From positions 7,995 through 71,994 of the forward strand of contig CAWFEB010000006.1 of the NCBI GenBank assembly GCA_963814755.1: a stretch of 64,000 bases of DNA, written 5' to 3'. How positions within the stretch are numbered: the stretch's first letter is position 1; every line of letters begins with the position of its first letter. Below the pieces are notes generated by a model. The model searched no databases and had not been told where the DNA came from. It worked only from the letters and a program-made list of their open reading frames with translations. Source of the DNA: an uncultured Carnobacteriaceae bacterium. GTDB taxonomy: Bacteria; Bacillota; Bacilli; Lactobacillales; Aerococcaceae. Made by a program: the position numbers and the translations under genes. This document shows positions 28,456 through 39,149 of the stretch, one piece after another.

Positions 28456-29401
28456 CTTCATTTCCTCCCATTTGATAGATCCAAGTCCGGATTGCCCCGG
28501 CTTGGCGTATAGCTTCTTCAACTTTTTCCGCTTCGGAGCGGGTACTGGCCAATGCGATCATGCAACCACCGCGTCCGCCGCCCGTCAATTTGGCGCCCAG
28601 CGCTCCTGCAGAAAGGGCGGCTGATACGAGTCTGTCCAGATCAGGACTGGATACGTCCAGAAAAGACAACACCTCATGGGCTTGGTTCATCAATAGCCCC
28701 AATTGTTGCGGGTCATTTGCTTCGATTGCTGACTTCGCCGTTTGAGCAAGGCTGCCCAAACGGGTGATGGCGTCTCGGTACGGTTGCGGATTTTTTCCGT
28801 TCAGTTTTGTGGCGATGCTGGCTACTGCTTCCTTTGTTTGTCCGGTCACGCCGGTATCCCCGACAATCATGTAAGCCTTCAGGTTCAAAGGAAAAGCTTC
28901 GAATGGCTGGCCTTTGATGTAAAAGAGCGGGGCCTCGCCGCTTGCCGTGGCGGCATCCAGGCCGCTTGGGTTTCCGTGTGCGACCATCTCGGATATGTTG
29001 ACGAGCCGGAGCAAGGTCGCTTGGTCCAACGGTTTATCGAAGTAGGCGAAAAGGGCGCGGGTCAAGGCCACTGATACGGCAGCGCTGGAACCCATGCCTC
29101 TTTCAGCCGGGATGGTGCTCGCGAGCGAAATCGCCAAATTATTGTCTGAAACCTGCAGTTCGGCCAAAGCCGATTGGATGGCTGTCCGCATGCTTTCCAG
29201 GATTTCAGGCATTTCTGCAGCGATGCCGTTATAATAGGAGCAATCAATGGTCAAGGGACCTTCCGCTTCGCATACGGTCGCGGTCATTTCGACTGCCGGG
29301 AAGGGCAGTGCAATGGATGGCTCCCCGTGGACGACAGCATGTTCACCCATCAGGATGATTTTGCCGTGAGATTTGCCGGTTGAGCAACGAGTTTTTATCA
29401 T
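28448..29401 (-). CDS. mvaK1: mevalonate kinase
   Basis: 317 aa with GKIILMGEHAVVHG, GMGSSAAV and KLTGGGRGGC. Confidence 0.9.
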   Translation of the reverse strand: MIKTRCSTGKSHGKIILMGEHAVVHGEPSIALPFPAVEMTATVCEAEGPLTIDCSYYNGIAAEMPEILESMRTAIQSALAELQVSDNNLAISLASTIPAERGMGSSAAVSVALTRALFAYFDKPLDQATLLRLVNISEMVAHGNPSGLDAATASGEAPLFYIKGQPFEAFPLNLKAYMIVGDTGVTGQTKEAVASIATKLNGKNPQPYRDAITRLGSLAQTAKSAIEANDPQQLGLLMNQAHEVLSFLDVSSPDLDRLVSAALSAGALGAKLTGGGRGGCMIALASTRSEAEKVEEAIRQAGAIRTWIYQMGGNEDA

Positions 29402-29794
29402 ATAGGATCGTCCTTTACTGGTTATGAATCAAGCGGAAAAGTCGTACTGTCGCTGATTCTTACGCGTCTTCTATTATGCTTGCTGTACATGGATTTTGCA
29501 AATCGGCATGATTTCGCCGGATCATTCGCTTTTTAAATTCTTTTTTAAATAAAATTTGACAAATTCAGCACATATTTTTCGCTATTTTCTTTCATCATTT
29601 TCATTGTATCGGAGCAAAAATGCAAAGTAAATCAAATCTTTGGGATTTTACGGAAACTTAAAAAGCTTTACCAACGCAGAAAGCAAAGATTAGGTTTCAA
29701 TTAAAATTTAATGTTCGTATTTGATGGGGGTTAAATTTTCAGAAAAGTGTGATACAATTACCAAAAGTTTGATTATTTCCAGAAGGGAAAAGCT

Positions 29795-30718
29795 ATGATA
29801 GAAGATAGAAACTACTACGAAATCCATCGTGAAGAATGGCAAACTTTTCATCAAGATTCCATTCCGACAATCACGGAAGAGGAACTGAAGGAATTAACAT
29901 CATTGAATGATAGGCTTTCATTGGAAGATGTTAAGGATGTCTATGTGCCATTGGTGCATATGTTCGATATTTACTTGCAGCAGTACCGGAATCTTCAGCG
30001 GGATAAAAGCAGATTTCTTGGCAGATCCTATGAACCGTCTCCGCTCATCATCGGCGTAACGGGTAGTGTCGCAGTCGGTAAAAGTACGACAGCACGCGTC
30101 CTGCAGAACCTTTTGAAGCGGGCTTATCCGACAAAAGCTGTCGAATTGATGACGACGGATGGTTTCCTGTATCCGAACCGGATATTGAGGGAACGCAACA
30201 TCATGGATCGTAAAGGATTCCCGGAAAGTTACGATATGGAAAATTTGGTGCAATTCCTGTTGGATGTGAAGACAGGCAAGCCGAATGTCCGGTTTCCGGT
30301 CTATTCCCACCGCATCTATGATATCGTCCCTGGCGATTATGAGGAAGTGAATCATCCGGATATCCTGATCGTGGAAGGGATCAATGTGCTGCAGTTGCCG
30401 AGCAATCAACAGATTTACGTCAGCGACTTCTTTGACTTTTCCATCTATGTGGATGCCGAGGAAGAGATGATCGAAAAATGGTACATCGAACGTTTCGAAA
30501 TGCTGATGGACCTGGCAATCGATCAACCGGATAATTATTATTACAACTATGCAATCGGCAAACGCGAGGACGCCATCGAGATGGCCAGAGGCGTCTGGAA
30601 AAGGGTCAACCTCAAGAACCTTCGGGAGTATATCTATCCCACGATCACACGGGCAAATTTAGTGATTCACAAAACAACGAATCACTTTATTGATGAATTG
30701 TACATAAAAAAATATTAA
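29795..30718 (+). CDS. coaA: type I pantothenate kinase
   Basis: 307 aa with P-loop GVTGSVAVGKSTTARVL, plus TTDGFLYPN and ILIVEGINVLQ. Confidence 0.9.
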   Translation: MIEDRNYYEIHREEWQTFHQDSIPTITEEELKELTSLNDRLSLEDVKDVYVPLVHMFDIYLQQYRNLQRDKSRFLGRSYEPSPLIIGVTGSVAVGKSTTARVLQNLLKRAYPTKAVELMTTDGFLYPNRILRERNIMDRKGFPESYDMENLVQFLLDVKTGKPNVRFPVYSHRIYDIVPGDYEEVNHPDILIVEGINVLQLPSNQQIYVSDFFDFSIYVDAEEEMIEKWYIERFEMLMDLAIDQPDNYYYNYAIGKREDAIEMARGVWKRVNLKNLREYIYPTITRANLVIHKTTNHFIDELYIKKY

Positions 30719-30739
30719 GGAAATTGGAGAGATTATTAG

Positions 30740-32293
30740 ATGATAGAGCAATTTACCGAGTTGGAAAAAATCGTCGTACTGGATTTCGGCAGTCAATATA
30801 ACCAATTGATTACACGACGCATCCGTGAATTCGGCGTATTCTCAGAGTTGGTTTCACACCGCACAACTGCTGAAGATATCAAAGCGATGGGGAACGTCAA
30901 AGGGGTCATTTTCTCCGGCGGCCCGAACAGCGTCTATGAAGACGATGCTTTCAAAGTCGATCCGGCCATTTTCGCTTTGGGCATCCCTGTATTGGGCATT
31001 TGCTACGGCATGCAATTGATGACCGACCATTTCGGTGGAAAAGTCATTCCTGCTGATGAAAGAGAATACGGACGTTCCGATATCCAAATCCTTGATTTGG
31101 ATACGCCAATGTTCAAAGGCCTTTCCGACATCGAGTCTGTCTGGATGAGCCATGGTGACAAAATCACTGAAATCCCTGCTGGCTTCAAAGTGACTGCGAC
31201 AAACGACAACTGTCCTGTTGCAGCCTTCGCCAATACAGCAGAAAAATTCTACGGCGTCCAATTCCATCCGGAAGTACAGCACTCTGTACACGGCAACGAA
31301 ATGCTGAAGAACTTCGCCTTCGAAGTCTGCGGCTGCTCAGGCAACTGGTCGATCGCCAACTTCATCGAAATCGAAACCAAAAAAATCAGAGAAACTGTCG
31401 GCGACAAAAAAGTCTTGTTGGGACTGTCCGGCGGGGTTGATTCAAGCGTAGTCGGCGTGTTGCTGCACAAAGCAATCGGCTCTCAATTGACTTGTATCTT
31501 TGTTGACCACGGCCTGTTGCGCAAAGGCGAAGGCGATCAAGTTATGGAAAGCCTTGTAGGCAAATTCGGCTTGAACATCATCCGCGTTGATGCGAAAAAA
31601 CGTTTCATGGACAAACTGGCAGGCGTCAGCGATCCGGAACAAAAACGTAAAATCATCGGTAACGAATTCGTTTACGTATTCGACGATGAAGCTACGAAAT
31701 TGCAAGGCATCGACTTCTTGGCGCAAGGAACGCTTTACACAGACGTGATCGAAAGTGGAACAGAGACTGCCCAAACAATCAAGTCTCACCACAACGTAGG
31801 CGGACTGCCTGAAGATATGCAATTCAAGTTGATCGAACCATTGAACACATTGTTCAAAGATGAAGTCCGCGAATTGGGAACACAACTTGGCATGCCTGAC
31901 AGCATCGTTTGGCGTCAACCATTCCCAGGCCCTGGTTTGGGTATCCGCGTCATCGGCGAAATCACCGAAGAAAAATTGGAAATCGTCCGCGAATCAGACT
32001 ACATTCTGCGCGAAGAAATCGCGAATGCTGGTTTGGACCGCGATGTATGGCAATACTTTACAGTCCTGCCAGGCTTCCGTAGCGTAGGCGTAATGGGCGA
32101 CGGCCGTACGTATGACTACACAATCGGTATCCGCGCCGTGACATCGATCGATGGCATGACGTCCGACTGGGCTCGCATCCCTTACGAAGTGTTGGACAAA
32201 ATTTCCCGACGCATCGTAAATGAAGTGAAGCACGTCAACCGCATAGTGTACGACATTACGAGCAAGCCACCATCGACCATCGAGTGGGAGTAA
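30740..32293 (+). CDS. guaA: glutamine-hydrolysing GMP synthase
   Basis: 517 aa. GATase domain ([12 protein letters not shown]), PP-loop SGGVDSSV, and a C-terminal PPSTIEWE. Confidence 0.95.
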   Translation: MIEQFTELEKIVVLDFGSQYNQLITRRIREFGVFSELVSHRTTAEDIKAMGNVKGVIFSGGPNSVYEDDAFKVDPAIFALGIPVLGICYGMQLMTDHFGGKVIPADEREYGRSDIQILDLDTPMFKGLSDIESVWMSHGDKITEIPAGFKVTATNDNCPVAAFANTAEKFYGVQFHPEVQHSVHGNEMLKNFAFEVCGCSGNWSIANFIEIETKKIRETVGDKKVLLGLSGGVDSSVVGVLLHKAIGSQLTCIFVDHGLLRKGEGDQVMESLVGKFGLNIIRVDAKKRFMDKLAGVSDPEQKRKIIGNEFVYVFDDEATKLQGIDFLAQGTLYTDVIESGTETAQTIKSHHNVGGLPEDMQFKLIEPLNTLFKDEVRELGTQLGMPDSIVWRQPFPGPGLGIRVIGEITEEKLEIVRESDYILREEIANAGLDRDVWQYFTVLPGFRSVGVMGDGRTYDYTIGIRAVTSIDGMTSDWARIPYEVLDKISRRIVNEVKHVNRIVYDITSKPPSTIEWE

Positions 32294-32355
32294 ACTTTTC
32301 ACATATAGAACCTTGCAAATATTAATTTAACGGGCTGTATAGTGTAATAAAACAG

Positions 32356-32426
32356 AAATCATCTTTTTAAGTTGTTGTATGAATGAACTTCATTCATGTA
32401 TATGACCTAAAAAGGTGATTTTTTTG
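32356..32426 (+). terminator. long compound terminator after guaA
   Basis: AAATCATCTTTTTA / TAAAAAGGTGATTT outer stem, ATGAATGA/TCATTCAT inner stem, then T7. Confidence 0.75.
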
Positions 32427-32517
32427 CATTCATACAAAAGCAGCTACAGAAAAGGCTATGCGGGAAATGCAAAATACTTGCTTACTTGGATTAAATAAGC
32501 TAAACTTAAACAAAAAG

Positions 32518-32531
32518 TTAGGCATGCCTAA
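32518..32531. promoter_or_regulatory. perfect 14-bp palindrome TTAGGCATGCCTAA, a DtxR/MntR-family-like operator
   Basis: Lies just downstream of a TTGCTT-17-TAAACT promoter (32478-32506) and 90 nt upstream of the Mn-type ABC operon. The half-sites TTAGG/CCTAA match the DtxR-family consensus. Confidence 0.5.
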
Positions 32532-32620
32532 TAATATGTTTAATTAAACCTTATGGACTGTGGGATGCTCAACACAAATTCAGAGACAGGAAAATAAAAA
32601 CGAGAAAGGATCGACGCATA

Positions 32621-33370
32621 ATGGAAAATTTAAAAATCCAGAATATGAACATAGCCTATCAAGGGCAGTCTGCAATCAAAAATGCAACGCTTGCGTTTGA
32701 GCCGAACAAATTAACAGGGATCGTAGGACCAAATGGAGCCGGGAAATCAACCTTATTGAAAGGGATCATGGGCTTGACGCCGTTAAATACTGGAGCAGTA
32801 AGTCTTTACGGCAAACCACTGAAGGAAATGATAAACAAGGTAGCCTATGTCGAACAGAGACAAGAAATCGATCTCTCATTTCCGATAGATGTTTTCGGAA
32901 CCGTACTTTTTGGCACCTACGCCAAATTAGGTTTTTTCCAAAGACCAAAGCAAAAAGAAAAGGATTTGGCTTTAAAAGCTTTAGAGAAAGTCGGAATGGC
33001 AGCTTTTAAAGATCGGCACATCAGTGAATTATCCGGTGGACAGCTGCAGCGCGTTTTCATTGCACGGGCGTTGGCACAGGAAGCTGAATGGTTGCTGCTT
33101 GACGAACCTTTTGCCGGGATCGATGCTACCAGCGAGAAAATCATCATTGAGCTATTGAAACAACTCCGCGATGAAGGCAAATCAATCGTGATTGTGCATC
33201 ACGATCTGCATAAAGTACAGTCTTATTTTGATAATATTGTCCTGATCAATAAAGAAGTGGTTGCCTTTGGTACGGTATCTGAGGTATTTACTGCCAATAA
33301 TATGGGAAGGGCTTATGGGGAAGCAATTTCCGAAATGATCAGTCTAGGGGGTGGAACAAATGTTAAATGA
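32621..33370 (+). CDS. metal (Mn/Zn) ABC transporter ATP-binding protein
   Basis: GPNGAGKST, LSGGQLQRVFIARAL, LLLDEP. Operon order is ATPase-permease-SBP, as in psaBCA. Confidence 0.85.
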   Translation: MENLKIQNMNIAYQGQSAIKNATLAFEPNKLTGIVGPNGAGKSTLLKGIMGLTPLNTGAVSLYGKPLKEMINKVAYVEQRQEIDLSFPIDVFGTVLFGTYAKLGFFQRPKQKEKDLALKALEKVGMAAFKDRHISELSGGQLQRVFIARALAQEAEWLLLDEPFAGIDATSEKIIIELLKQLRDEGKSIVIVHHDLHKVQSYFDNIVLINKEVVAFGTVSEVFTANNMGRAYGEAISEMISLGGGTNVK

Positions 33371-34208
33371 TTTTATTCAAGGACTCTTGGATTTCCAATT
33401 CCTGCAGAACGCTTTGATCACTTCCGTTATGGTCGGGATATCTGCCGGAATCATCGGTTCCTTCATCATCTTGCGAGGGATGTCTTTGATGGGGGATGCC
33501 ATCTCGCACGCAGTATTACCGGGAGTGGCGCTTTCTTACATGCTGGGGAGCAGCTATATCATCGGCGCCACGGTTTTTGGGATGGCGTCGGCCGCTCTCA
33601 TTGGTTTTGTCACGAAACACAGTCGTTTGAAAAACGATACGGCAATCGGAATCGTCTTCAGCGCATTTTTTGCTCTAGGGATCATCTTGATTTCCTTCGC
33701 CAGAAGTTCCACGGATTTGTATCACATCCTCTTCGGGAATGTGCTCGCTGTCCGGGATTCAGACATGTTCTTGACAGCCGCTGTGCTTGTTATCGTCTTG
33801 ATCTCAGTGCCGCTTTTTTATAAACAACTCAAACTGACTTCTTTTGCGCCAACTATTGCAAAATCATATGGTTGGAACATCAGTGCCATCAACTATGGGT
33901 TAATGTTTTTGCTGACACTTGTGGCGGTGACTTCGCTGCAAACAGTCGGGACGATTTTGGTGATTGCAATGCTGATCACACCGGCTGCGACAGCCTACCA
34001 ACTGACCGATAAATTGCTTGTCATGATTGTCCTGTCGACAGTATTTGGAACCCTCAGCTCTATCGTAGGGCTTTACTTCAGCTACAGTTACAACTTGCCG
34101 TCTGGGGCGACGATTGTCATGGCAGCAGCTATGTTTTTCATTGTGGCATTCATTTTTGCACCGAAGAAGGGCCTTATCGGTCAATTAAGAAAGGAGAATT
34201 TATTATGA
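33351..34208 (+). CDS. metal ABC transporter permease
   Basis: 285 aa polytopic protein with LMGDAISHAVLPGVA, the ABC-3 family motif. Confidence 0.85.
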   Translation: MEQMLNDFIQGLLDFQFLQNALITSVMVGISAGIIGSFIILRGMSLMGDAISHAVLPGVALSYMLGSSYIIGATVFGMASAALIGFVTKHSRLKNDTAIGIVFSAFFALGIILISFARSSTDLYHILFGNVLAVRDSDMFLTAAVLVIVLISVPLFYKQLKLTSFAPTIAKSYGWNISAINYGLMFLLTLVAVTSLQTVGTILVIAMLITPAATAYQLTDKLLVMIVLSTVFGTLSSIVGLYFSYSYNLPSGATIVMAAAMFFIVAFIFAPKKGLIGQLRKENLL

Positions 34209-35150
34209 TGAAGAATAAATTATTGCTGCTTGCTGCAGTGCTATTTGTAGGTGTTTTGGGAGGATGCGGAAATTCTCCGGAAGATGATAAAGGAAGTACG
34301 GATGCATAGAAACACAGAAACTAAGCTTAAAGTTGTCTCCACCAATTCCATTATTGGCGACATGGTAGAAAAAGTTGGAGGGGATCTGATCGATGCGCAC
34401 AGTATCGTGCCTGTCGGGACCGACCCGCACGAATACGAACCCCTGCCGGAAGACATTCGAAAAGCCAGCGAAGCTGATGTCGTGTTCTACAACGGATTGA
34501 ATTTGGAAACCGGCAATGGCTGGTTTGACAAATTGATGGAAACCGCTGGCAAGGCAGAAGATGAGGACTACTTTGTCGTCAGTAAAAATGTCGAGCCGCT
34601 GTATCTGTCGGGAAACAGTTCGCAACAAGATCCGCATGCCTGGCTGGACATTTCCAACGGCATTCAGTACATCACCGAAATCTCTCGCGTCATGAGCGAA
34701 AAAGATCCTGAAAATAAAGCAGCCTATGAAAAAAATGCGGATGCTTACATTGCCGATTTGACGGAACTGGACAGCGAAGCAAAAAAAGAATTTGCTGATA
34801 TCCCCGAGGAAAAGAAACTGTTGGTGACGAGCGAAGGAGCTTTCAAGTATTTCTCCAAAGCTTACGAATTACAAGCCGCCTATATTTGGGAAATCAATAC
34901 CGAAGGTCAAGGTACGCCTGATCAGATGAAGCAAATCATTGAAAAAGTCCGAAATTCAGAAGTTCCGGTTCTCTTTGTGGAGACGAGTGTCGATCCCAGA
35001 AGCATGGAACGATTATCAAATGAGGTGGATCTTCCCGTTTACAGCAATCTGTTCACGGATTCCATCGCGAAAGAAGGGGAAGACGGCGACAGCTATTACG
35101 ATATGATGAAATGGAATCTAGAAAAGATTCATGAAGGATTGAGTCAGTAA
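34205..35150 (+). pseudogene. Mn/Zn-binding lipoprotein (PsaA/MntA family), split by a +1 frameshift before 34309
   Basis: ATG 34205 (AAGGAG 8 nt upstream, ATGA overlap with the permease) encodes the signal peptide [34 protein letters not shown], which then hits TAG at 34307. The mature domain ([15 protein letters not shown]...[12 protein letters not shown]...DPHAWLD) is in the +1 frame. Confidence 0.75.
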
Positions 35151-35280
35151 AAGCGATTCGTTACCCTGCTGTTGTGGTGCTTGACATTTTGAACCGGTAT
35201 CGCTAAATTGGAGAAAAGTATATCGTTATCCATGCTTATTAACCATCTGTATAACTTGATACCAGAAGAGGGGTCCACTC

Positions 35281-36222
35281 ATGACAGCAACATCATTCAC
35301 TTTCCAATCAATCGACGGAACGGAAATTTTCGCGATGAAATGGTCGCCGGAAGGTCTTCAGAAACCGAAAGCCGCCGTCCAACTTGCGCATGGTTACGCA
35401 GAACATATCGGACGCTATGATGTTTTTGCTGGCAAGCTGGCGGAAGCAGGGATAGTCGTCTACGGAAATGATCATCGTGGCCATGGCAAAACGAACGGGA
35501 ATATTGGTGAAGCGATCTGTTTTGCGGATGAGGCTGGATTCGATAAGGTCGTCGCGGATATGCGAGCGCTGACCGAAATCATCCAAACAGAAAACCCCGG
35601 CATTCCACTGTTCCTGTTTGGGCACAGCATGGGCTCGATGTTGACCAGACGCTACATTCAACTTTACGGAGAAGATCTTTCAGGCGCAGTTTTGTCCGGT
35701 TCCGGTGTGTTTTCGAATGTCTTGCTGAAAATTGGAACAGTCGTGGCAGTTTCGGAAATCAAAAGAAATGGTCGCGCCCATCCAAGTCGTTTGCTGGACA
35801 AACTGGTCTTCCAGAACTTCAACCGGGGTTTCAAGCCCGCCCGGACGGATTTGGATTGGCTCAGCCGGGACCCAGTGGAAGTGGATAAATTTCTGGCGGA
35901 TCCGTTGCGCGGAAAGATCGGTTCGGCCGGTTATTTCCATGATTTCTTCAGCGGTTTGTTGGCCATGAACGATTCTGCGAATATCAGATTGACACCGAAG
36001 GGCTTGCCGCTGCATTTCATTTCAGGCACTGCCGATCCGGTCGGAGGCAAGGCTGGAAAAGGCGTCGTCCAGACATGCAGGGATTACCAACATGCTGGCC
36101 TTCAGGATGTGAGCTACAAACTATATGAGGGTGCCCGCCATGAACTGCTGAACGAGACGAACAAAGATGAAGTAGCGCAGGACATAATCGAGTGGATTTT
36201 TGCTCGTTTGGAATCCCTTTGA
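35281..36222 (+). CDS. alpha/beta hydrolase (lysophospholipase/monoacylglycerol lipase-like)
   Basis: 313 aa with HGYAEH, the nucleophile elbow GHSMGS, and a C-terminal GARHELLNE. Confidence 0.75.
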   Translation: MTATSFTFQSIDGTEIFAMKWSPEGLQKPKAAVQLAHGYAEHIGRYDVFAGKLAEAGIVVYGNDHRGHGKTNGNIGEAICFADEAGFDKVVADMRALTEIIQTENPGIPLFLFGHSMGSMLTRRYIQLYGEDLSGAVLSGSGVFSNVLLKIGTVVAVSEIKRNGRAHPSRLLDKLVFQNFNRGFKPARTDLDWLSRDPVEVDKFLADPLRGKIGSAGYFHDFFSGLLAMNDSANIRLTPKGLPLHFISGTADPVGGKAGKGVVQTCRDYQHAGLQDVSYKLYEGARHELLNETNKDEVAQDIIEWIFARLESL

Positions 36223-36238
36223 TCGGCATAAAAATTTT

Positions 36239-36288
36239 AAGCTTGCCTGATTTTTCCGGAATTGGAGAAACCAGGTAAGCTTTTTTTA
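36239..36288 (+). terminator. intrinsic terminator
   Basis: AAGCTTGCCTG / CAGGTAAGCTT stem followed by T7. Confidence 0.7.
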
Positions 36289-36313
36289 TTTATATGTGTT
36301 AGGAGGTAATTCG

Positions 36314-36368
36314 TTGACAAATACATCGGGAGGCGATATATTATATATAACGATACCCGATATATCGG
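36314..36368 (+). promoter_or_regulatory. padR promoter (TTGACA-17-TATATT) with overlapping palindromes
   Basis: ATCGGG (36325) ... CCCGAT (36356) brackets the -10 hexamer. A perfect palindrome CCGATATATCGG lies at 36357-36368. Confidence 0.45.
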
Positions 36369-36383
36369 AAGGGGAGATATGTG

Positions 36384-36704
36384 ATGGGAGCACCACTTAC
36401 GGAATCGATGTTTTATATCCTGCTTTCTCTGCTGCAGCCGAACCATGGTTACGGTATCATGCAACAAGTGGAGGAGCGGACGAAGGGCAGGGTTGCTCTG
36501 GGAGCAGGCACGCTGTATGGCGCGCTGAATACGCTGTTGGAGAAAAAATGGATCATGTTGCACAGTCAGGACGATCAATCCCGTAAAAAGAAGGAATATC
36601 TGATCACGGCACTCGGAAAAGAAATTTTGAATGAGGAAATCACCAGATTGGGCGAACTTCTCGAAAACGGCAGAAAGGCGATGGAATATGATGAAAAAAT
36701 TTAG
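36384..36704 (+). CDS. PadR family transcriptional regulator
   Basis: About 106 aa with the winged-helix pattern ESMFYILLSLLQPNHGYGIMQQVEE...GTLYGALNTLLEKKWI. Confidence 0.85.
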   Translation: MGAPLTESMFYILLSLLQPNHGYGIMQQVEERTKGRVALGAGTLYGALNTLLEKKWIMLHSQDDQSRKKKEYLITALGKEILNEEITRLGELLENGRKAMEYDEKI

Positions 36705-37197
36705 GCTCTACTACGACAAAGATAAGGAAGAAGCATTCCTGAATGAGATGTCCGCAAAAGGCTATGCCATGAAACGTTTTTTCTTGGGATTGTATACTTT
36801 CGAAAAAAGTCAGCCGGGTGAATATACCTATCGGGTTGATTTGATCAGCGACAAAACGACGGAGCAACGCAATGAACTGTACGATTTGATACGTGACTCT
36901 GGTGGGGAACTCGTGCAGACCTGGGGCATCTGGGCAATCTTTCGGAAAAAAGGGAACTTTGAACTGTATACGGATCCGGAAAGCCAAATCAAACAATTCG
37001 AACGCATCCGTAAGATATTTGTCCGTTTGGCCATTGTGGAATTCTTGCTTTCCATCCCGCAGTGGTACAATTCGATCCAAACAATGGAGCCGATGCTCCT
37101 ATTGATGTCTATGCTTTTGACAATGCTTGCATTGGTTTTCCTGAAGCAGGCTATGGCATGCAGCAAGAAAATCGATGAGCTCCAAAATTTGACTTGA
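36688..37197 (+). CDS. DUF2812-type membrane protein (PadR partner)
   Basis: Overlaps the padR 3' end. MMKKFRLYYDKDKEEAFLNEMSAKGYAMKRFFLG is the typical DUF2812 N-terminus. Two C-terminal TM segments. Confidence 0.65.
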   Translation: MMKKFRLYYDKDKEEAFLNEMSAKGYAMKRFFLGLYTFEKSQPGEYTYRVDLISDKTTEQRNELYDLIRDSGGELVQTWGIWAIFRKKGNFELYTDPESQIKQFERIRKIFVRLAIVEFLLSIPQWYNSIQTMEPMLLLMSMLLTMLALVFLKQAMACSKKIDELQNLT

Positions 37198-37346
37198 TGA
37201 TTGTTCGACAGAGACCGACTCTTGCTTATCCTGAAAATAAGGTTGCTTACAATTTTACTCTTGTGCTATGATGGCTTAGTGAATTCATTAAATTTTAATT
37301 AAATTAGAATGATGAAACATGTCATTATTTATTTTGGAGGGTAACT

Positions 37347-38900
37347 ATGGATAAAGCATTAATTTTTATGGCGATGGCCGGCTATATGTCGATCATCATC
37401 GGTATCGGTTTTTATTACTACAAACGATCAAACGAAAGCTCCGATAATTTCTTCTTGGGCGGACGCAGTCTAGGTCCTTGGGTTGCCGCAATCAGTGCGG
37501 GTGCCTCGGATATGAGCGGTTGGCTGCTGATGGGTCTACCGGGCGTGGCTTATTGGTCAGGGTTGTCCGACGCATTCTGGACAGCGATCGGCTTGGCAGC
37601 TGGGACATCTTTGAACTGGATCATCGTTTCGAAACGATTGCGTCATTATTCCGAATCAGCGAGAGCAATCACGTTGCCGGAATTCTTCAGCAATCGATTC
37701 CATGAAGACAGACGCATCATTTTGACGGTTTCTTCCACGTTCATCTTCGTCTTCTTTTCCGTCTATGCAGCCAGCTGTTTTGTGACGGTAGGGAAGCTCT
37801 TCGCAACCTTGTTCGAAGTGCCTTACATCCCGGTAATGATTGCCGGAGCGGTGTTCGTCGTGTTCTACACGTTCATCGGCGGATTTTTGGCGGAGAGTGT
37901 CTCCGACTTTATGCAGGGCATTATCATGATCGCGGCTTTGGCTGTTGTTTTGGTCGGAGGCGTCGTGTATGCCGGTGGTCCAGGAGCGGTCATCGATAAC
38001 CTGAAAGGCATCCCTGGATTTTTGGATTTCTTCGGTATCGCTACACCGACATTGATCGATGGTGTGCAACAGGCTGATGGCGCGATGGCTGCCTTTGGAC
38101 CTGCAGGTAAATACGGACTGATCACGATTGCATCCAGCATGGCTTGGGGACTTGGGTACTTCGGTATGCCGCAAGTGCTGTTGCGCTTTATGGCAATCCG
38201 TTCGGCTGATGATATCAAACAATCACGCCGGATCGGCATCATTTGGTCGACACTTTCATTGACCGCTGCCGTCCTGATCGGTCTGATCGGACGTTCGATG
38301 TTCCCGATGGCGTTGACGACTGCTTCAACTTCGGAAACGATCTTCATCGAGATGGCGACATTATTGTTCCCGCCGCTATTGGCCGGAATCGTCATGTCAG
38401 GCATTTTGGCGGCGACGATCAGTTCCGCGGATTCTTATCTGCTGATTGCCGCAAGTGCTTTTTCGAAAAACATCTACAAAGGCGTTTTGCGCAAGGATGC
38501 TTCCGATCAGCAAATCATGGCAATGACGCGGATGATTTTGATCGTTTTGGCGATTCTGGGAATCATCATCGCTTTGGATGAGAACTCCGTCATCTTCACG
38601 ATCGTATCCTTCGCGTGGGCGGGCTTCGGTGCGACATTCGGACCGTTGATGCTGTTCTCCTTGTTCTGGAAAAAAACAACGCGTCAAGGCGCTATCGCCG
38701 GCATGTTGACAGGCGGAATCGCTGTTTTCATCTGGAAACTTCTGATCAAACCGATCGGCGGCGTATTCGGCATCTACGAACTGTTGCCGGCATTCATCCT
38801 TTCTTGTGTGGCGATCGTGATCTTCTCCTTGATCGGGGAAAAACCGTCCGCTGCGATGGAAGAGGAATTCGAAATGGTGAAAAGCCAGTCGAAAGCCTAA
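37347..38900 (+). CDS. putP: sodium:proline symporter
   Basis: 517 aa SSF-family protein with FFLGGRSLGPWVAAISAGASDMSGWLLMGLPG. Confidence 0.85.
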   Translation: MDKALIFMAMAGYMSIIIGIGFYYYKRSNESSDNFFLGGRSLGPWVAAISAGASDMSGWLLMGLPGVAYWSGLSDAFWTAIGLAAGTSLNWIIVSKRLRHYSESARAITLPEFFSNRFHEDRRIILTVSSTFIFVFFSVYAASCFVTVGKLFATLFEVPYIPVMIAGAVFVVFYTFIGGFLAESVSDFMQGIIMIAALAVVLVGGVVYAGGPGAVIDNLKGIPGFLDFFGIATPTLIDGVQQADGAMAAFGPAGKYGLITIASSMAWGLGYFGMPQVLLRFMAIRSADDIKQSRRIGIIWSTLSLTAAVLIGLIGRSMFPMALTTASTSETIFIEMATLLFPPLLAGIVMSGILAATISSADSYLLIAASAFSKNIYKGVLRKDASDQQIMAMTRMILIVLAILGIIIALDENSVIFTIVSFAWAGFGATFGPLMLFSLFWKKTTRQGAIAGMLTGGIAVFIWKLLIKPIGGVFGIYELLPAFILSCVAIVIFSLIGEKPSAAMEEEFEMVKSQSKA

Positions 38901-38922
38901 GTAAAACATGTGAAAAAATCAG

Positions 38923-38951
38923 TGGGCTGTCTCTTAGAGGCAGCCTTTTCG
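38923..38951 (+). terminator. intrinsic terminator after putP
   Basis: GGGCTGTCTCT tag AGAGGCAGCC followed by TTTTC. Confidence 0.7.
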
Positions 38952-39149
38952 AATTATCCCAGAGATGGAATCTCGGAATGTTTCGAAAAGTTGTCACAAA
39001 ATCGGTGCGGATGGTCCAGTTATTTGTGATAAGCTGAAAAAGGATTGAAGCAGCGTTTATTTTAGCATAAAGCTGTTTTTTTGTTGGGCAAAGTTGAATG
39101 AATCAAAAATATAAGGGAGTGGTTAACTATCAAAGGACACATCAAAGAG

